NCBI GenBank assembly: GCA_039096225.1 | Contig: JBBPEB010000005.1 | Location: 620,001 to 684,000, forward strand | Reading direction: 5' to 3' | Length of the DNA: 64,000 bases | Source: Blastocystis sp. Blastoise | Taxonomy: Eukaryota; Protista; Bigyra: Opalinata | In this document: in pieces, positions 53,701 to 64,000 of the stretch | How positions within the stretch are numbered: the first letter of the stretch is position 1 | Layout of the letters: every line of letters begins with the position of its first letter | The notes under the pieces: generated by a model | What the model was told of the DNA's origin: nothing | The model's database searches: none | What the model saw: the letters and a program-made list of their open reading frames with translations, nothing else | Made by a program: the position numbers and the translations under genes

Positions 53701-55174
53701 ATTAAAAAAGTTAGATATAAGATATAAATATATATTCTAATATAAAAATACATAGATACCTACTTTTAGGCATATTTCAAGATTAGTATGTTATGAAAAC
53801 AATTATCAATATTTTTAAACAAGTTATTCTATATAGGGTTATGTATATAATAAACATTTTATCTATATGTAGATAATTAATATAAAGTGAAATTATGATG
53901 TCATATGATATTATTTTTAAACCACTATCTATCTAAAAGAAAATAATAATAATAATATATGAGTTATTCCTATTATCGTATACTGTTTTATTTATATAAC
54001 ACTATCTTTATGTCGTTTTTCATATATTTATTATACTCTAAATAAATAGTTTTTCATATTTATTAAGTTTTTCTTTTCATTATTATTATTTATAAAGTCT
54101 TCTTAAAACAACATATAATGTTATAATTCAAAAAGTTAAATACTAAATATATTTATTATTCTTCTTCTATTTAAATTATCCATTATTAGTTTTTAGCAGT
54201 TATTGCATATGAGAATCTGAAAAACTATATATAAAACTATAATTACTAAAACCTATATACGCTTATCATTATTATAGTCAAACTATCTACAAAATCAAAA
54301 TCAAACACTTATAAAAAACACAATTTCATTTTTAAAATTTTGTTTATCAAGTTTATTTTATTTAATAACATTGCATAATTAAGTATACAATGACTATGAT
54401 ATTTTTGAAGGAATTATTTTAGATAATAATTTTCAAAATTTTGAATGACTATATTAACTTCATTTATTTTTATATCCCTAACACGTCTTATTTATTAGCT
54501 TCCTTACTTTGTTTCTTTATTCCATGCTATTGTTTCTCCATTGTTAGAATAAGTGACATTTACATAACATGAATTGTTTCAGATGATACCACGAACTATT
54601 TATATTCTATGATCTTTTACAGAGGACTCTACATCACTATGGATCTATAACGGACATTCATTTTGGCTATTTCATGTATATTGATGAGATCATCGATATG
54701 CAGCTGTATCAACAATTTATTGATAGAATAGAATAATGTGTCTGCTACTTATTATATTGTTTTAAAAGAGTAAACTGTTAATAACAGGAAAAGGGAAAAT
54801 TTGTTGTTCATTCCATTCAAAGTGACCAATCATTAGTCGATAATTCCTTGATATTAGCCAATGAAAAGAGTCGAAGTTATCCATCTTTTGAATCGAGTGA
54901 ATCGTGGGAAATCCAGAAAAAACTCCATGAAGAATCTATAAATAAATCATAAATATAATTAAAAGAATTGTAGATAAAGATTAAAGCCACAAAAATATGC
55001 TTTCAATCATTTGTCGTTTTTGGAAATAATGTTTTTTATACGAACTTATTAATAAAAATCCATGGGAATTTCGTAATTGTGTTTGGAAAAATAATAATGG
55101 ATTGATTCTCGAAAGAAACACTCATCTCGTTTTCAATAAAAGTTAATATCGTAATATTGATTGAAGAGTCAAGT

Positions 55175-56341
55175 ATGCAAACGAAGACAGATACTGAAGG
55201 TATTTGATATATTGTTCTTCATATATTAATATTCTATTTAGATTCTCAACTTACTGAAGAACTTGATCTTTCACAAATGAAGGAAAGGTTACCTCCTAAT
55301 GATCCTTATTTTGATTTAGAAATTATGAAAAATGTTGATGCATCATGGGAAGATGATGCTGGTAATCCTCCAGAATCATTAAAACTTGATTCTTTAAATT
55401 CTTCAGATCGTCAATGGCCTTCATTTCCTGCCTTTGATGATTCTGAGCCGGAACTTAGTAGTAGGATGCAACCGTTAAACTTATCTCCTCATATAAGTTA
55501 TCAACATAATTATGGTCCTGTATCAAGTTTATCTCTTCATCCAAACCATTCACCTATGAATATGTATGAAGGACAAGAACCTACTCCACGTTCTTTAAAT
55601 CAATTTTCGAATATATTAGGATCTCGTACTCCACCAACAATGTATTTACAAAGACCAGATCCTCGTTTTTCTTTATCTCCTGATATTATGCCTCAAGATC
55701 CTTATCAAGAAAGTGCTCCTCCACTTCTTCAACAGAATTACCGTCGATCTTTAAGTACTCCTCCAATTGGATATGATGATGATTATTTAAGAGATCCTTT
55801 AAATATAATGAATAATAATCGTCGTTCACCTCTTGGTCCTTCTGCTTTAATGAATGATATGAATGGATTTAATAATCAAATGAATAATGGGTATCATTCT
55901 CCTTTTTCTCATTCTCCTTCGAATCCTATATATGATAATCAATATATAGATAATAAAGATATATCTAATAATAATGATAATAATAATAATAATGAAGATA
56001 CTATACGTAATCTTACAGTTTCTACTACTATGAATAATAATAATAATATGAATAATAATATGAATAATAATAATATGAATAATAATATGAATAATAATAT
56101 GAATAATAATAATATGAATAATAATATGAATAATAATATGAATAATAATATGAATAATAATATGAATAATAATATGAATAATAGTACTATTACTCCTCCA
56201 ACCACTCCTACTTCAGGAAATACAAAGAAGCTTCCTTATCCCTGTAGAGACTTTCAAAATAACTGCTGTACTCGAGGAGCTAATTGTAAATTTATGCATG
56301 TTCGACGTATATATATATATATATATATATATAAATATATA

Positions 56342-56400
<59 letters not shown>

Positions 56401-56748
56401 ATTTATTTATTCCTTTATTTTAACTCTAATTTATTATATGTTATTATTATTATATATATATATGATTTAATAACTTTATATATATAGAAACTATCCCAAG
56501 TGAAAGTGTACATAGATTATTCTATTTATAATATTCTATAATAATAATTATTATTATAATAAATATAATCATGATTATATATAGGATACTCCCTTATGTC
56601 GTGATTATATTCGTGGTTCTTGCTTTCGTAAGAATTGTAAATATTTACATGAACGTCCTCGTGGTTTATATGCAGAAGATTTAGAAAATAATCATTCTCA
56701 TTATAGGTACATATATATTATATATACTATTCTTTATACCATTTTATT

Positions 56749-56816
<68 letters not shown>

Positions 56817-57472
56817 GATTATCTCCATGGGAAGATGAAACTATAGTTGCTTCTACTCCTCCCCCTCCACGTGCTGTCCCTCATTCCCCTGTAGCTCCTT
56901 ATATGATGCAAGAGAATACTATTCCAAGATCCCCCTATGCTGATCCTGAAGGACCAATCAATTATTATGATTCTCCTATGAATAATCCTGAATATATATC
57001 ACGTGCTGCTCCTCTTCCTTCTTCCAATTATATACCTACAGAACCACCTTATGAAGATCTTCTATTACGTCCTCGAAATAGTATTTCTCCACGTCCCTCT
57101 CTTCCTCGTTCTCCTATTCCTTCTCATTCACCTATAAACCGAAATCCATACGCATCTCCTCATCCCCAAGATTATTATTCACCTTTAGCTTCTCCTCGTC
57201 CAAATCCCCAAGATTATTATTCTCCCTTAGCTTCTCCTGGTCCTCGTGATTGTTATTCTCCTTTTGGTTCTCCTCCTCCTTCTTCTACTTATAGACGCAT
57301 GTCTCCTCCCTTAGGACTCTCTACACAACCGAATTCTCTACATACTACTCCTATTAATAGTATTAATAATATTAATAATAATGGTATCTATAATAATAAG
57401 CAAACATGTCTTTCTTCTTCTCCTTATCAAGTGTTCTCACCTCAATTATCACCACGTAATAATCCACTCTAA
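55175..57472 (+). CDS. Tandem CCCH zinc-finger protein with Pro/Ser- and Asn/Met-rich disordered regions
   Basis: CRDFQNNCCTRGANCKFMH and CRDYIRGSCFRKNCKYLH; five exons including a 20-nt microexon near 56488-56507. Confidence 0.88.
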
Positions 57473-58628
57473 ATATTATTATTATATATATATATTTAAT
57501 AAATTCTTCCTTTTGTTTATAAGTTTTTAATATATATTATTTTATTATATTTCTTTATTTTGTTTTTTTTTTGTGTCATTCCAAATTTTAAAAGATTATA
57601 ATATTCTATTTCATATATATATAAATATGTGTCGTTTTATATTGTTTTTTTATATCTTCTTCTACCTTTTTATTTATAAATATTATATAGAACTATATAT
57701 ATATTAATATTCTTCATATTCTATTTATATATATATATTATATTTTCATGTTTATATTATTGAATATATTTATATGACTGGTTATTCTTTTGAATTCTTT
57801 TGCCATATCAATATATATTAATAATATATAAATATTTCACAATATGAAGATAACTTTATCTTCTATATTATTATATTTTTATTTTTTTTTCATTCAGTAT
57901 TTGCTTTCATTTTCCTTAAAGACACTCTTGTTTTTGTCTTTTTTCTATATCTAAACATATATATCTATATATAAATATCTTTTTTTTTTATTTGAATTCT
58001 GTTGTGATTTTTATTTTAAATCATGTCATTATTCTATATATATAGATACTATTATTTCTATATCTATATTTATTTTTTATATTTGTTTTTTTTTGTCTTC
58101 TATATAGTTCTTTTATAGCATTCTTTTTTTTTGCTGCATTATGTTTATATTTGTATTTGAAGCTTCTTTATTATTGCATCTTAGCTTTATCTTTAGTTTG
58201 ATTATAATTTGTAAGTAAATTATGATTGTTGTTGTTGTTTTATGTTTTTTAAAAACTTATTTTTTAATATTAATACAGTATAGTAGATTCTTTATATTTA
58301 TGCTATTATCTATATTATTTATATTTATTATGTATATATATGTTTTTTTTTATATATGCACTAATTAATATTATGTATATATATATGTTATTATGTATAT
58401 GCATTAGAATATTATCTATATATATGTATTATATGTATATATTCATAAATATTTATTTTAAAGAAATATTCGAGGTTTTAAAGTCTATATTACATGAAAT
58501 GAATCTTTTATAACAAAATTTTATGAGCAACACAACTACAAAATTATAAAATAAACACAACTATATCATAATAAAATAAGATGTAAATGATAACTATATA
58601 TAATAAAGATAATAATAAATCAATAAAT

Positions 58629-59751
<1,123 letters not shown>

Positions 59752-60021
59752 TTGTTTTTCGTTCTATAAATAAAGTAAAAATGAATTTGTTCGAGAAAAA
59801 AACACAAAGAGTCGTTTTTTGTTTATTTAAATGCAAAATAAACTTGTGTTTTGCAATTATTATACAGTTATGATGTTGTGTATGTTGCAAAAATAAGAGT
59901 ACATAAATAGAAAATCAACTAATAAAATGATATAACACATGCATATTTAATAATTGTTAAAAGAAAATCATATATAGGATTTATTCACAATATGCTTCTA
60001 TTTTTGCAAACTATACTTTAA

Positions 60022-63000
60022 TTACATATGTAACTTTTCTCTAATCATCTTATCAATCATGAAGTGATCAGGAGCAGGATGGAAATTAGTATTCTTATCC
60101 ATTCCAAGTTCCTATATATGTTATAAAAATAACAATGAATATTTGACAGAATAAAATTCTAAACAAGAATTTAACGAGAATATATATATACAGCTAAATC
60201 ATCAAAAGTCCATTTATTACCACTACAAGAAATAACAGATCCTTCACGACCAAGAGGACTGTAAATTTCATTATGATCTGTAAAAGGTTGCATCTTTTCA
60301 TAATTATCTTTACCACAATTATCAAAATGATATACTTCAGGAGTCTTCATAATACAAATATTTTCAGTCCAAACATGATTCCAACCTATATATTATGTTA
60401 CATAAAATAATTTTTAAATATATATATAGAATAGTATATTATATGTATAAAATATTAAGAATAATAATAATATATATATATACCAGATTTATTGAGAACA
60501 GATCCATAATTATTTAAACAATGAGGTTCACTATCCCAACCTATCTTCTTAAGGTTATTACGAGCATATGTATAACTAGTAGGAACATCCCAATCAGCCT
60601 TCTTAGCATCAGGATATATATATACATTACGAGTAGCTATATAGAGATTTGTATTATTATATTTTTATTTTGTTGTTATATTTATATTTATTATAATTAC
60701 ATTTATTATATACCTTTCTTAGAATGACCAAGATAATTCTTAAAACCACCATAAACTAAGATATTATCAGAATCTATATATATATAAGATTAATTTTATT
60801 GTGTATATTATTATTATTATATATTAATTATATTTATATATATATATATACCTTCATAATAACAAGAACCATCATCATGATCAAGAGGCCAAATAGAATG
60901 ATAATTACCTATATACTAATTATTATTATAACTATTATTATATACCAATGAAGAAGTTTTCAGTTGTATAACTATATAGATAAATCATTTAAATAATATA
61001 TTATATATATATATACGTAACATCAGGAGTAATAGAGACACTTCCATCTTTCTTAACAGTAGAGAATGGCATACGATCCCAAGTATTGATACAACCCTAT
61101 ATATATAATAATATATATATATATAATACATAATAAATATAATAGTATATACAATATAATAATATATAATAATAATATTATATATATATACATGATCTGT
61201 TGTTTCTCGAACAGCGTTGAAAATAAGGTTATGATGAACTTGGTGACCACCGCTGAAAGCATCATTGAAATTAATACCTATAAGAGATAATCACGATTAT
61301 ATATATAATAATAATATATATATATACCAGCTCTAGGAATATTAAAGAATACATTTCCTTCAATAGTAGTATACTATATATATATATATAATAATAATAT
61401 ATATATATATATATATATATACAGCAGTCTTTGATTGCATAAAAGGAGAACTCTGTTTTTGGAACACTCCTGTTTCATGAATTAAATTACTATATATAGA
61501 AGTGATAATAATAATAATAATAATATACTGCAATATAATAATAACATAAATAAAAGTAAATAAAGTTATATATATATACTAACTAACAAGATTATCCGTA
61601 GGATGATTATGTCCAGTTCCGTCAATTAAATCAGAATTACCAATAAATAATATACCACTATCACCTATATATATATGTAGAAAATGATAATAAATAATAA
61701 TAATAATAATATATATATACCTCCTAAATACATTTCATTTCTATTAATTTGACTGTCTTTAACATAATTACTAAAGAATACAGAAGTACCTCCGTTATGA
61801 ATGAAGGAATTGTATTCCACAAAGATACGTTCGGCACCTTCAACAAATATAACACCTCCTCTATATATATATAAATAGTATAAATAATATATATTCTATC
61901 AAAAATAAAATATAGAATATTATAAATCTACACAATAATAATATAACAACTATTATAATTATTATTATATATATACCTATGAATAGCAATATCACCCCCA
62001 GAAGGTACTTCGTGTGGTTCCATAAAAGTAACATCAGTATTTTGGAAAGAAATTCCCTGTATGTGAACATCGTGAATAGGATAAGATGCACTACCACGTA
62101 ACTATATATATATATATTATAGATTATATATTGTAAATATAAAAAAAAAAATTCTTGAAAAGTTATATACACTATTATATAATAGATATAATATATATAA
62201 TAAATAATATAATATATATACTTCAATAAGTCTTTGAGTTCTAGGAACACGAATTTGTTTGAAGTTATCAATAGTACCATTAGGGTAGAAATATAATTGT
62301 TTCGTTACTTTATCATAAAACCATTCTGTAGGAGCATCTAATTCTTCAAAAACATTCTCAATAAAGAACTATATATATATATATATAATTCTTTATTAAT
62401 TATTATTTTATATGAATTATTTAATTAATAGGTAGTTAATAAATAAAATAACTATATATATAAATAAATACTTCTTGACCTGTGCTACCTCCTCTAGCTT
62501 CTTGGAAACCTCCTTTGGACCAGTGTAAATATCTATCTTTAGTTTCTGTATTATATTGATAATCATCAATTTCAAACATCCAAAAACCCCAATATCCCCA
62601 GTGGAATCCATGGAACTATAATATAATATAGTATAGTATAGAATAGAATAATTTAATATAATATATATCATATTATAATATCAAAATAGAATATATATAG
62701 TAAAATAGAATATAATTATAATAAAATATAATTATAATAAAATCTAATAATAAAATATAATAATAAAATAAAATAATTAAAATAAATAAATACGAAAGCG
62801 CCAATAGGATTTTTCCATTCTTTAGGACTAAAATAAGTATCATGTGCAGTGACTCCTTTAGCAATATTATAAGTAAAAGCACCTCCACCAACAGGGTGTT
62901 TTAATGCCCAATAAGAAAGAGGAGGATTCCATTGTTTACCTACACCACCAAAAGCCATGTGGTAATTATTATAAGTAGTATTATCAAAATGAGGATCACT

Positions 63001-64000
63001 TACATGATATTCATAAGGTTGACCAAAATGCATACAACAATCCCAACTTAATACATCAGAACGTAAGAAATTAGGTATATCTGTATGTAAACCATATATT
63101 TCATTATTACCATTAGGATAACGAGCTCTTACTTGACGTTCACCGTTAATAAATAAATTATCAAAAGTATCTATATTTTCTTTAGATAAATCAGTTACAT
63201 AAATATTAACTTTAGAACCAGAAACATGATTATCATCTCGACGAGCTGTATTTTCAATAGAATATATACCATAACACATATTAGACCATTCAGGACATTT
63301 TTCATTATGCCAAGTATAAGAAAGACATTTTTCATCTTTATTACACATATCTTGACATTCTTCATAAGTTTCTGATTTACCATAATATTTAATTCTTCCT
63401 TCAATCTCTTCACCAGATTTAAATGGATGAGCTTCACTAACAGGCCAAAGATAATTAATATTTTCATGAACTTCAAATTGATTTACTTTATAAGGTTTCC
63501 ATTCAACGTCAATTATACGAGAACCAGATATAATTACCTTTTCATTATTATAGGAAGTAATTGTTAATTCACTATCTACAGGAGTTAAAACAAGTTTCTC
63601 TTCAAATACATATTCTCCTTCACGAATAAAGATAACTTTCTTTCCTTGAACAGTTCTAGATTTGTAAACAGCAGCTTGAATTGTAGCAAAAGGTTGTTCA
63701 AAAGAACCATCATAAGAATCTTTACCTACTTTTTGGTCAACATAAAGAGTATAACCTTCAGGCTTAAGTTTATCTTCAGGAACAAGAATAGGAGCATCTT
63801 CAGCAGGAACAGGAACTCCACAAGTATCTAATTGAAGAGCACGATATACAGAAAGAAGTTCTCCACGTTCAGGTAAAAGTTTCTTAGCATAAGCATAAGC
63901 ATCCGTTCTTACAGTACAATCAACAGTAGTATTGACATCAAGAGGACTAATTAAATCATGGAATTTACCATTAACAAAGATAGGATCCATTAGGGATCGA
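60022..64000 (-). CDS. Right-handed beta-helix (pectin-lyase fold, GH141-like) protein with PAN/apple-like insert; probably 5'-truncated by the window
   Basis: YVDQKVGKDSYDGSFEQPFATIQAA, IREGEY, VIISG, LFINGERQVRARYPN, ENVFEELDAPTEWFYD, DHDDGSCYY; CQDMC...CLSYTW...C insert; frame open to the window edge; more than 10 introns. Confidence 0.85.

Overview
Very AT-rich, intron-containing eukaryotic DNA; gene content and short GT-AG introns suggest a stramenopile gut protist such as Blastocystis (inference). Bases 1-21.4 kb are gene-poor and repeat-rich. They are dominated by a 13.3-kb Mutator-like element (8123-21419) with perfect 51-bp terminal inverted repeats (TIRs) beginning GAGATAATTG and a perfect 9-bp target-site duplication (TSD) AAAAGTCAA. 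It carries a decayed intron-containing transposase-like gene and several decayed cargo genes, and abuts what looks like the end of a second related element. Further left are a GC-rich GNA mini-hairpin, an (AAATAG)45 array, a TTGAC-rich diverged ~180/760-bp repeat, and a small gene of symmetric GT...AG microexons. Bases 21.7-64 kb are gene-dense: GT61-like glycosyltransferase, BTB-like/TLDc protein, a ~2,700-aa surface protein, MDP1, ISY1, PCNA, POLD3, PRP3, PYROXD1, a tandem CCCH protein, riboflavin synthase, and a probably 5'-truncated GH141-like beta-helix protein. Gene models were assembled by eye, so exon boundaries need RNA-seq confirmation.
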